The notes beneath the pieces are model-generated. The model was not told the origin of the DNA. It ran no database searches and saw only the letters and a list, made by a program, of their open reading frames with translations. A stretch of DNA of 10,238 bases from a virus, in the UHGV virus genome UHGV-1552609; one strand, given 5' to 3'. Shown here piece after piece: positions 1 to 6,840 of this stretch. The position numbers and the translations under genes were made by a program. How positions within the stretch are numbered: the stretch's first letter is position 1; each line of letters opens with the position of its first letter.

Positions 1-45
1 GAGATTACAAGGTGACTGGAGTTCAGACGTGTGCTCTTCCGATCT
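1..45. other. Illumina TruSeq indexed adapter remnant (sequencing artefact at contig end)
   Basis: Positions 12-45 read GTGACTGGAGTTCAGACGTGTGCTCTTCCGATCT, the TruSeq read-2 primer site. It is preceded by TACAAG at 6-11 (reverse complement CTTGTA, which I recall as TruSeq index 12) and GAGAT at 1-5 (the end of the P7 flank). Recognised from memory of the adapter sequences. Confidence 0.95.
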
Positions 46-718
46 GGGCTTTTTCTTGCTCGCGTTTTTTCATCAATTCCAGCACCCTTTTAGCCGCTCC
101 CATTTGCTCATCATAATCACGTTTATTTATATGAACGTTTGGTTTGCCTTTCTCGTTTCTTTCGTCTGGTGGCGTTTTAGCGCGTACAGCGGCCCTATAC
201 CCGGTCATTGTCATGCCCCATGCTTCAGATTCAGACAATCCCAGGTGAGCAACGGCGGAGTAAACATACTCAAGGATGTCGAATGTTGGCTTGTACTCGC
301 CATCCTGGGTTGTGCCCGTGTCTTCTTCTGGACCGTCACCAATTAAACCGTGATACATACAGTGTTGCGCCAGCGTGATAACGTCGCAGGTTGGCATCAA
401 TCCAGGTTTCAGTCTTAACTTACCCGAAGGAGTAAAGCTGCATTCGCCCAATAACGGGCCTATTTCGCACTCTGAGCAACATTTCAGTACGTGGATGGAT
501 GTTTGCACAAGTTCACCATAACAACGCGCCAGAATGCGATTGCGGAGGTCTGTATCCATTGGCAAACGTTGTGGGTATCTGCCACCGTGAACCGTTGCGA
601 AATATTCGACCAGTTCCCTGTCACTGCCGATCTTAGCCATTGCAGCAAAGCAGGGATTAAATTCGTAACGCCTGCCATCAACTACAACCGCAAACTGTCC
701 TGTTCGAACGTGAATCAT
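46..718 (-). CDS. Hypothetical tail-region protein, 3' end truncated at the contig/adapter junction; its position after the major tail gene is where a tail assembly chaperone usually sits, but that is unverified
   Basis: This is the track ORF 23..727 on the minus strand. The track start is GTG at 727; the ATG at 718 has a better Shine-Dalgarno (AGGGTG, 6-nt spacer). The last 7 residues (QIGRAHV) and the stop codon are encoded entirely by adapter bases 23-46, so the true C-terminus is unknown. The central region has an unusual cysteine cluster (KCCSEC...GEC...PTC...QHCMYH). Confidence 0.45.
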
Positions 719-730
719 AGTTGTCACCCT

Positions 731-755
731 AAAAATAAAGGGGCCAAATGGCCCC
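731..755 (-). terminator. Rho-independent terminator downstream of the major tail protein gene
   Basis: On the minus strand the sequence reads GGGGCC-ATTT-GGCCCC followed by TTTATTTTT: a 6-bp GC stem (plus 740-745 pairing with 750-755), a 4-nt loop, then a T-tract (plus 731-739). It lies 17 nt after the TAA stop of the 773..1249 gene. Confidence 0.7.
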
Positions 756-772
756 GATGTTAATATTTGCTG

Positions 773-1249
773 TTACAATACAGGAACGTCGCCAACTGTG
801 ACCTTGCCAGCGCTTTCGCACTCAATGGACCAGGTTGATACATCGTCGTGAGGATCCTCTTCTTTAAAGGAGGTGCAAAGGAACGGACCTTCGGTTACAT
901 CGAGCGGTGAAACAAGTTTCAGCCAGACGTAAGGCTGCGCACCAGTTGTTTCGCCAGGGTTAATAACGTGGCGTTTAAGTGCCTTCTGATTATGAATTTC
1001 TTCAGTACGGGATACGCCGTCACCTGAGAAAGAAACAGATTTGTAAGTGACCATTGATTCTTTGGTGTAGTCTGCTGATTTGTCAGCGGTGGCGTCTGCG
1101 GTTTCCCATTCTACGGAAAGAGATTTGCCACGCATCATGCCTAACGCTTTATAAGCGCTTTCTTCAGGTTTCGCATTAGGGCAGGCGATAGCGTAAAATA
1201 CGGCAACGTCGCGGCCTAAGAACGAACCTTTATCACAAGTCTGAGACAT
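773..1249 (-). CDS. Putative major tail (tail tube) protein
   Basis: 158-aa ORF with an ATG start and a strong Shine-Dalgarno (AAGAGGT, 8-nt spacer). It is the last gene before a strong terminator and follows the head-tail joining genes, which is the usual position and size for a siphovirus tail tube protein. The family assignment is by gene order and size, not confirmed by homology search. Confidence 0.5.
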   Translation of the reverse strand: MSQTCDKGSFLGRDVAVFYAIACPNAKPEESAYKALGMMRGKSLSVEWETADATADKSADYTKESMVTYKSVSFSGDGVSRTEEIHNQKALKRHVINPGETTGAQPYVWLKLVSPLDVTEGPFLCTSFKEEDPHDDVSTWSIECESAGKVTVGDVPVL

Positions 1250-1262
1250 GTTTATTTACCTC

Positions 1263-1649
1263 TTATCTAGATATGATGGTTTGGAAAGCTACGGTGAAAA
1301 TAAAGCGCCCTTCTCTTGTCTGCATTGCAGGAATAGCGCCAATTGGTTTCATGTGTGTAATTTTATCAGTTTTATACTCGGTTATCATACTTTGGCGTAT
1401 TGCGTCGGCGAGATCTTCCACTTCACTAATATTTGCATCGTTACGCGCTGAAATAACCAGGATGCGGAAATAGTCACGGGTTACTGCTTCTTCACCAGCC
1501 GCACCGCCGTTTTGCTGTATGACAATGTACCTGTCGTTATTAGAATTGGATCGCTCATTCCAGAAACGGGCCTGCAAAATATAACCTTCGTCGTACCCGT
1601 GGGACTTAATCCAATCCCTTATTTCGTCATATACTTCGCTGCGTTTCAT
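1263..1649 (-). CDS. Putative tail completion / tail terminator protein
   Basis: 128-aa ORF whose ATG overlaps the upstream stop in an ATGA arrangement (1646-1649), indicating translational coupling. It sits immediately upstream of the major tail gene. Function is inferred from position only. Confidence 0.4.
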   Translation of the reverse strand: MKRSEVYDEIRDWIKSHGYDEGYILQARFWNERSNSNNDRYIVIQQNGGAAGEEAVTRDYFRILVISARNDANISEVEDLADAIRQSMITEYKTDKITHMKPIGAIPAMQTREGRFIFTVAFQTIISR

Positions 1650-2086
1650 GTTTTGTAACCTTCTACAATCTCTTTATAAATATCGTCAGCGTTGTTTGGA
1701 TCTTCAAATGCATTACGCAAAAATTCCGGCTCCGCGTTTGGGTCCCAATAATTACCCTTACCAGTGCCGCCGCCAAATTCGACGCCCTCTCTGGTTTTGC
1801 CGAAATGTTTGCGCGGCTGGCCTTTTAATTTACCCGGCATGTCATGCACCCATTCAGCGTAACGGGCCGTATATCCCAGCCGTAATTGCATACCCTCCGC
1901 CGTGTTACCTATATACTGAAATTGACTGTTAATTAAAAAACCCGTGTCAACTGGGGTCATGTTCGCCGCGAAGCCACCAGCCAGCATCCCTACTCGCCAT
2001 AACACCTCATAAGTTTTCTTGTCTGTGATTTCCTTTAGCTCCTGCTTTAATCGCTCCCTGACACGTTTGACGCCCTTAATAGGCAT
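1646..2086 (-). CDS. Putative head-tail joining protein, HK97 gp10-like
   Basis: 146-aa ORF with an ATG start preceded by AGGGGG (6-nt spacer). It contains a VDTGFLINS motif that I recall as resembling the DTGxLxxS signature of the HK97 gp10 family, and it sits in the neck gene cluster. Confidence 0.5.
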   Translation of the reverse strand: MPIKGVKRVRERLKQELKEITDKKTYEVLWRVGMLAGGFAANMTPVDTGFLINSQFQYIGNTAEGMQLRLGYTARYAEWVHDMPGKLKGQPRKHFGKTREGVEFGGGTGKGNYWDPNAEPEFLRNAFEDPNNADDIYKEIVEGYKT

Positions 2087-2088
2087 AA

Positions 2089-2457
2089 TTAACCCCCTGT
2101 AACGATCTTATAATCCGGCGTGTCGTTAAATATACTCATGTCCCATTCAACGATCCCGGTTATAAAGTTGGCCCCAGCCGCCAGCGGGTCAGCAATAGCA
2201 GTAGTGTCCCCAGTGGCAATCATCCACCCTTTTTCCGGGCGCTGTACTGGCTGCATCTTGTGAAGCAGTTCGGTATATACGGTTATCGTGTTGCTAACCT
2301 CATTCCCGTTTGCGTCTGTTGCGGTTCCGTCAGTGCGTTCCCATGCACAATCAATAAGATATGGCGTTCCGTATACGTCTGAGTTTGTCCAGTCGTCACG
2401 CGTTACGGGGTAAATGGTGGCTAATGCCTTGTAACTGAATCTCGCGATCTTACTCAT
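2089..2457 (-). CDS. Putative head-tail adaptor / head closure protein
   Basis: The track ORF is 2089..2463 (124 aa). The first ATG at 2463 has only a 2-nt spacer after GGAG, whereas the second ATG at 2457 has an 8-nt spacer, so I favour 2457. The start overlaps the end of the upstream 61-aa gene. Function is inferred from its position between the capsid and tail genes. Confidence 0.4.
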   Translation of the reverse strand: MSKIARFSYKALATIYPVTRDDWTNSDVYGTPYLIDCAWERTDGTATDANGNEVSNTITVYTELLHKMQPVQRPEKGWMIATGDTTAIADPLAAGANFITGIVEWDMSIFNDTPDYKIVTGG

Positions 2458-2635
2458 AGCCATAGCTCCATTTGACGATTTTCGGATGGGTTTTCGCCAC
2501 GCGTGGGCAAAGAATCACCCATTCGCCAGCGTCATTGAGATATGCCGCAACCTGTCGCCCGGTGTCAGTCTTCACCCATACGCGGGTAAACAGTTTTGGC
2601 AATAACGGATCCGGTAATGTAAGGTCATTCCACAT
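2450..2635 (-). CDS. Small hypothetical protein (61 aa) in the head-tail joining cluster
   Basis: ATG start with a strong Shine-Dalgarno (GGGAGGA, 7-nt spacer) lying 2 nt after the stop of the upstream gene; same strand and tight coupling with its neighbours. No recognisable motif. Confidence 0.45.
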   Translation of the reverse strand: MWNDLTLPDPLLPKLFTRVWVKTDTGRQVAAYLNDAGEWVILCPRVAKTHPKIVKWSYGYE

Positions 2636-2637
2636 TG

Positions 2638-3024
2638 TTACATCCTCCCGCTTTTACCTATCCACAAGCCAGCGTGCGCGGTGTTTTCTGGATCTGCTGG
2701 AATTAATTCGGCTGTACAGTGATTCTTATCAAGGGAGTAAAGCAACGAGTGTGCTGCCTTCCATTTTTTATTGAAATCGACATAGCGGTATGACTGGCTT
2801 GCACCGTTCGTACCAGTATGCGAGGAAACGTATTTGTTAGCCTGGGTGAGCCCCAACAGGCCAATCAGGTAAAGTTGAATTAATGTTGCAGTGGAGGCCG
2901 GATAGTTGGCATCAAGGCATTCGTTAACGCTGTTTGCCTGCTCCACCAGCAATGATAAGATAACGTCTGGCAGGTCAATACCCTGGCTTTCAAGATATTC
3001 CCGCGCCTGTTCTGTAGTGACCAT
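2638..3024 (-). CDS. Putative head-tail connector / head completion protein
   Basis: 128-aa ORF with an ATG start preceded by GGAG (8-nt spacer). It is the first gene after the terminator that follows the major capsid gene, the typical location of head-tail connector genes. Function is inferred from position. Confidence 0.4.
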   Translation of the reverse strand: MVTTEQAREYLESQGIDLPDVILSLLVEQANSVNECLDANYPASTATLIQLYLIGLLGLTQANKYVSSHTGTNGASQSYRYVDFNKKWKAAHSLLYSLDKNHCTAELIPADPENTAHAGLWIGKSGRM

Positions 3025-3042
3025 TTTGTTTGCTCCACATAC

Positions 3043-3071
3043 AAAAAAAAATCCCCGGCATCGCGCCGGGG
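3043..3071 (-). terminator. Rho-independent terminator downstream of the major capsid protein gene
   Basis: On the minus strand the sequence reads CCCCGGC-GCGAT-GCCGGGG, then A, then nine T residues: a 7-bp GC-rich stem (plus 3053-3059 pairing with 3065-3071), a 5-nt loop, and the T-run at plus 3043-3051. It lies about 20 nt after the MCP TAA stop at 3092-3094. Confidence 0.8.
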
Positions 3072-3091
3072 AGTTACAGGAAGCGTTCTAA

Positions 3092-4144
3092 TTAAGAATT
3101 TTTGCCGTAAACGACACCGGAACGGCCTAACATGTCGCAGGTGATTTGTAAACCTTCGGCAGACATGATTTTGAAGTTATAGTTATCAGTCGGCATAAAG
3201 CGCGGTACAGGTACAACGCCAGTAGTCATACCGATCAGCGGGGTGATGACATCACGGCGGCGCTGATAAGCAATAATTTCATTTCCTTTCAGTGCAAAGG
3301 TCTGGCGGATTTCACCTACCGGGGCGAACGGCATAACCGTTTGCAGCACGCTACCAACCACAGCACCGTTAACGATGTGCGGACGTGCCAGGTTAGCCAT
3401 GATTTCAGGTGATACCCACATAACATCATATTTAGCAACGAAGTTATTGCGGGCCAGAACGCCGAATTCACCAATGGTGAAGAAGTCGATCAGTGCGTCA
3501 AATTGCGCAGTGGTCAGGTCAGTTGTCAGGGTCAGTTGCTGGGTGTTTTTGTGGTTTTTAATACCCATAGCTTTATGACCATCAACCTTGATGTTTTCGT
3601 TACCGTTCAGATAGAAGTTAACGCGTGCTTTGTTGAATTTTTTCAGTTTCAGGCGCTGGCTGTCAAGGGCAAGGTCAATGCCTACAGTATTCAGGCCCTG
3701 AGCAAGACGCCAGTTGACACCATAACCAGCCGCGAACATCGGGATCGGGTCGCCATCGCTGCCGTATTCGGTGTGATCAAAGCCGTGCGGTGCCTGGCCA
3801 TCCATAGACATTACGACTTCATCGTTGATGTCACCGGATACGCTGTACATTTTCAGCGTTTTACCGATAGGCAGTACGGTTTGAACACCCATCAGGTCGT
3901 TGACGATTTCAATACCGATTTCCTCGGTGTTCAGTTCGATGATCTGGTTATCGATTTCTTTCCAGAACTCTTTTGCGAAGCCACCAACAGCGTTGCAGGC
4001 CAACATTTCAGAAGTCATGTTTGCTTTGTTCGCTGCAATCATGGCGTCATGTTGAGCGTTGAAGATATTGCGTTGCGCCCACAGTTCGTTCCAATGGCCC
4101 TGCATACGGGCGTTGGTAGCAAGGTTTTCTTTGGTAAAGTACAT
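3092..4144 (-). CDS. Putative major capsid protein
   Basis: 350-aa ORF with an ATG start preceded by AAGGGG (6-nt spacer). It is followed directly by a strong intrinsic terminator, which is typical of a highly expressed capsid gene, and it sits after the portal, minor head and scaffold genes. Its size fits an HK97-fold capsid protein. No homology search was run. Confidence 0.6.
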   Translation of the reverse strand: MYFTKENLATNARMQGHWNELWAQRNIFNAQHDAMIAANKANMTSEMLACNAVGGFAKEFWKEIDNQIIELNTEEIGIEIVNDLMGVQTVLPIGKTLKMYSVSGDINDEVVMSMDGQAPHGFDHTEYGSDGDPIPMFAAGYGVNWRLAQGLNTVGIDLALDSQRLKLKKFNKARVNFYLNGNENIKVDGHKAMGIKNHKNTQQLTLTTDLTTAQFDALIDFFTIGEFGVLARNNFVAKYDVMWVSPEIMANLARPHIVNGAVVGSVLQTVMPFAPVGEIRQTFALKGNEIIAYQRRRDVITPLIGMTTGVVPVPRFMPTDNYNFKIMSAEGLQITCDMLGRSGVVYGKNS

Positions 4145-4161
4145 GTTTTTCCCCTTTTAAA

Positions 4162-4584
4162 TTAAGCGACGCGAACTCGGATGAAGTCTTCTGCGGTCAG
4201 GGTCACATCTTCCTGGCAGAATGCAATGATTGGTGCTGAGCCGCCTTCCACAGCAGAAGACAATTTAGCGCCATCTGCCGCAAGGGAAATGGCTGCGCCT
4301 TTGGCATAAGTGGCCTTAGGAACACGGAGAGCAAACTCACGCCCCTGTTCCACATAATCGGCTACAACGGTTGCATTTGCAGCGATTGCATCAGCAATGG
4401 TTTTACCTTCATGGAATGCCGGGTTAACGATATACAACTGTCCCTTGCCAACATCAGCAGGGGCCGCTTTAACGAATTTACCGCCTTCAAGTTTAACCAG
4501 TTCACCAGGTTTTAATTCAGCACCAGCGAGGCGGGTTTCTGTGATGGATTTACCATCAATATTTACACGACGAAAACGAAACAT
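4162..4584 (-). CDS. Small head protein (140 aa), possibly a head decoration or accessory capsid protein
   Basis: ATG start preceded by AAGGGG (6-nt spacer), within a TAA-TTAAAAGGGGA junction motif that is also found upstream of the capsid gene. The protein is Ala/Gly/Val-rich and lies between the scaffold and capsid genes. Function is inferred from position only. Confidence 0.35.
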   Translation of the reverse strand: MFRFRRVNIDGKSITETRLAGAELKPGELVKLEGGKFVKAAPADVGKGQLYIVNPAFHEGKTIADAIAANATVVADYVEQGREFALRVPKATYAKGAAISLAADGAKLSSAVEGGSAPIIAFCQEDVTLTAEDFIRVRVA

Positions 4585-4600
4585 TGTGATCCCCTTTTAA

Positions 4601-5890
4601 TTAGAAATAAGTGTTAAAGTCTGGTACTTCGCCTTTTTTACCTTCGCTTGCTGCGTTGGTTGCCATCGGCGCTGCTTTGCCCAGGGATTTAAACATTGCT
4701 TCTAACGCTTCACCACTTAATGCGTTAGCAACAATTTCGCCGTGTACTTTTGCTACTGCGGCGCGTTTTTCTGCTACTTCTTTATCTGCGTTTGCTGCGA
4801 TCTCTTCTTTAATCGCTTTCTGGTTGGTCTGCAATTCTTTTTGGTTGGTCTGTAATTCTTCAACGCTTGCCTGTACTGGTTTAAGTGCTTCAGCTACTGC
4901 ACTGGCGATATTAGCGGCTAAACCTTCGTTAATTTCTTTTACCAGTTCGGCGCGTTCTTCTTTGGTCAAAGGCATGGGTTCACCCTCCGATTTATTGGCC
5001 TTAATTTTTTCATTCAGGGAGAAAAGATTAGATAAGTGTTCAGCGAACTGAGCGAACCACGATTTACTTTCCTCATTGGTTGCAAGCTCGCCATTATTGA
5101 GAATTATTTTATCAGCCTGTTTTTCATACGTGCAAACTTGAGCACTTTCAGTATTAGTGGCGATCGTCACTTCTTTATCAGTGAAGTCCACCACATACAC
5201 ATAATCGGCATCAGGGAATAATTCCCGCGCCGCGTCAGTTAATTGTTTCTCAAGCGTGCGATAGCTGTTTTCTTTCATTGCCACCGCCATTAACGGCTTC
5301 GCCTGGTCAGTGTTAACCATCAGGCCAACACCCTGTTCTGGCGATGCGGCTGGCGGTTCATGAAGTAGGATGGCGTCATGGTCGATTGACATGATTTTAA
5401 CCACGCTGTCAGCACCCTGTGCTTTCATTTCTTCAGTAGCTGGCATACGCTGACGATATACGGCAACAGATGACCAGATCGGATCTTTGCTTTCACCTTT
5501 TTCCAGTGCTTCGAGTCGGCTTAATAATTCGCGACCTTGTTCTGAATGGCTGGCGGTTTCAACATCCACCCATTTTTCCACATAAACACGGTTGCCACGT
5601 AATTCAACATTTCTGTTCCACGCTCCGCAAAAGCCAATATTCAGACCTTCCGGGCTAAATGCGGAAACAAATTCACCGTCTACGGTAGGATGACCCAGCG
5701 GCGCAAGCGTACCTTCCAAAGATTGATAATTAGCAATGATTTCAGCTTCCGGGTAATATTCCCGATTCATAACGATATTAAAGGGCAACGTATACGACGG
5801 AACCACAATGTGTTCGCGACCGTTATATGTTTCCCGGCGGATGGTATTAGCGGTTAATTTGGTATTAACCTGAATCAGTTCTTTATTCAC
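4601..5890 (-). CDS. Putative capsid scaffolding protein with an N-terminal domain of uncertain function (possibly prohead-protease-like or DUF2213/XkdF-like, from memory only)
   Basis: The track ORF is 4601..5905 with a TTG start. A GTG at 5890 lies 5 nt after the TAA of the upstream gene and has GGGAG 8 nt upstream, so I favour 5890. The C-terminal half is Ala/Glu/Lys-rich and helical in character, with a tandem ELQTNQK-ELQTNQK repeat, as expected for a scaffold. The N-terminal region contains GREHIVVP...YYPEAE. Confidence 0.5.
   Translation of the reverse strand: MNKELIQVNTKLTANTIRRETYNGREHIVVPSYTLPFNIVMNREYYPEAEIIANYQSLEGTLAPLGHPTVDGEFVSAFSPEGLNIGFCGAWNRNVELRGNRVYVEKWVDVETASHSEQGRELLSRLEALEKGESKDPIWSSVAVYRQRMPATEEMKAQGADSVVKIMSIDHDAILLHEPPAASPEQGVGLMVNTDQAKPLMAVAMKENSYRTLEKQLTDAARELFPDADYVYVVDFTDKEVTIATNTESAQVCTYEKQADKIILNNGELATNEESKSWFAQFAEHLSNLFSLNEKIKANKSEGEPMPLTKEERAELVKEINEGLAANIASAVAEALKPVQASVEELQTNQKELQTNQKAIKEEIAANADKEVAEKRAAVAKVHGEIVANALSGEALEAMFKSLGKAAPMATNAASEGKKGEVPDFNTYF
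4820..4861. repeat. 21-bp tandem direct repeat (2 units, 2 mismatches) inside the scaffold gene
   Basis: Plus strand 4820-4840 ctggttggtctgcaattcttt and 4841-4861 ttggttggtctgtaattcttc. On the minus strand these encode ELQTNQK twice; both mismatches are synonymous. Confidence 0.9.
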
Positions 5891-5895
5891 GGTTT

Positions 5896-6840
5896 TTACT
5901 CCCAATCTTCGCCATATTTAGCGTGCGCAACCTTATAGTTTTCTTGCGCCCGATCTAATATTCGTTTGTTTAATATGTTACCAGATTCATCGACCATCAC
6001 GGTAATAGTGCTACATTTGCAGTTAATTGAATTTGGGGATCTGCTCCACCATTCGCGCTGCTCTTCTATGGTGTACGTTTTCCCGTGCCGCTGTGCGTGT
6101 GATAACCTGGTAGTCGGTGACAGTGCAGAAATGTGCATCTGCATAGTGCGCAAGTTAAGCTCATCCGATGCGGCCTCTGCCTCATCCATACGAGCTGTGC
6201 GTAACGCTGTGCATATTTCAGTACGGGCAATACGTTTACACCTGTATAGCGGCAATTGCGTTTCCTGCTGCAATGTGCGTGCTATTTCCAGTGGGTTTAA
6301 GCCACGGGCCATGCCTTCAGTTAATCGGCGAGCCATATCCTTCTTGATCTGTGCTGTAAGCCCGCGCATCTCTTCAAATACACGGGTACGGACCAGGGCA
6401 AGGCGTGTGCGATATGTCTGACTGGTTAATACCGCCGACACTTCTGGATAAGCTCTGGAATATGTGACTGACTGGTTAGAGAGGTTGGCATATTCCTGTG
6501 AAGTGCCGCGCTGATATGCCACCTTCACGTAATTCTGCCAGAACCAGAAGTTTTCAGGGTCTGTTAACTCGAATATTTCATCAATCATGTCGCTGGCGTC
6601 TTCCAGCAAATCATGCAATTCGTCAATGTAGATCTGGAAGGTGTACTTCTTATTAACAGCCAGGGTATATTGTATTCTGTCCAGTATGGCAATATACGGA
6701 TCCGCGACTTTCTTCAGGCAGGCTTTAAAACGCTTGATAGCTCCCGACCGTAACTTACCTGTCATGGTCGGGTCTTCGGTGTTAGATGGCATTATAGCGG
6801 CTGGAGGTATTCGCCTGATTATCTTCTTCACCTTCATCAT
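5896..6840 (-). CDS. Minor head / head morphogenesis protein, Mu F-like (SPP1 gp7 family)
   Basis: 314-aa ORF with an ATG start preceded by GAGGA (5-nt spacer). It lies immediately downstream of the portal gene, as in SPP1 gp6/gp7 and Mu, and overlaps the portal 3' end by about 59 nt. The region GLNPLEIARTL...RIARTE resembles the Mu F-like domain as I recall it. Confidence 0.65.
   Translation of the reverse strand: MMKVKKIIRRIPPAAIMPSNTEDPTMTGKLRSGAIKRFKACLKKVADPYIAILDRIQYTLAVNKKYTFQIYIDELHDLLEDASDMIDEIFELTDPENFWFWQNYVKVAYQRGTSQEYANLSNQSVTYSRAYPEVSAVLTSQTYRTRLALVRTRVFEEMRGLTAQIKKDMARRLTEGMARGLNPLEIARTLQQETQLPLYRCKRIARTEICTALRTARMDEAEAASDELNLRTMQMHISALSPTTRLSHAQRHGKTYTIEEQREWWSRSPNSINCKCSTITVMVDESGNILNKRILDRAQENYKVAHAKYGEDWE

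Noticed and set aside
45-46. Adapter junction as a physical genome terminus (cos or pac end)
   Set aside because: The junction falls inside an open reading frame in the tail gene region, which is not where phage genome ends lie; it is more simply explained as adapter read-through at a low-coverage contig end.
29-346. 105-aa plus-strand ORF at the window start
   Set aside because: It begins inside the Illumina adapter and runs antisense to the minus-strand tail-region gene; artefact.
484-681. 65-aa minus-strand ORF nested in the tail-region gene
   Set aside because: Alternative frame inside a longer, better-supported ORF, with no independent start signal.
3503-4165. 220-aa plus-strand ORF
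   Set aside because: It lies entirely antisense to the major capsid gene, has no Shine-Dalgarno context, and its low-complexity, Val/Phe-rich translation is typical of a shadow ORF opposite a real gene.
3092-4584. Assignment of the 140-aa and 350-aa proteins as lambda gpD and gpE homologues
   Set aside because: The gene order is lambda-like, but the capsid protein sequence does not resemble lambda gpE as far as I can recall, so only generic decoration-like and major capsid calls are made.
4611-5051. 146-aa plus-strand ORF (Ala/Ser/Leu-rich)
   Set aside because: Antisense shadow of the Ala/Glu/Lys-rich scaffold coding region; the composition is the mirror image of the real gene.
5966-6421. 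151-aa plus-strand ORF
   Set aside because: Antisense to the Mu F-like minor head gene, with a Cys/Arg/Ser-rich low-complexity translation and no start context.
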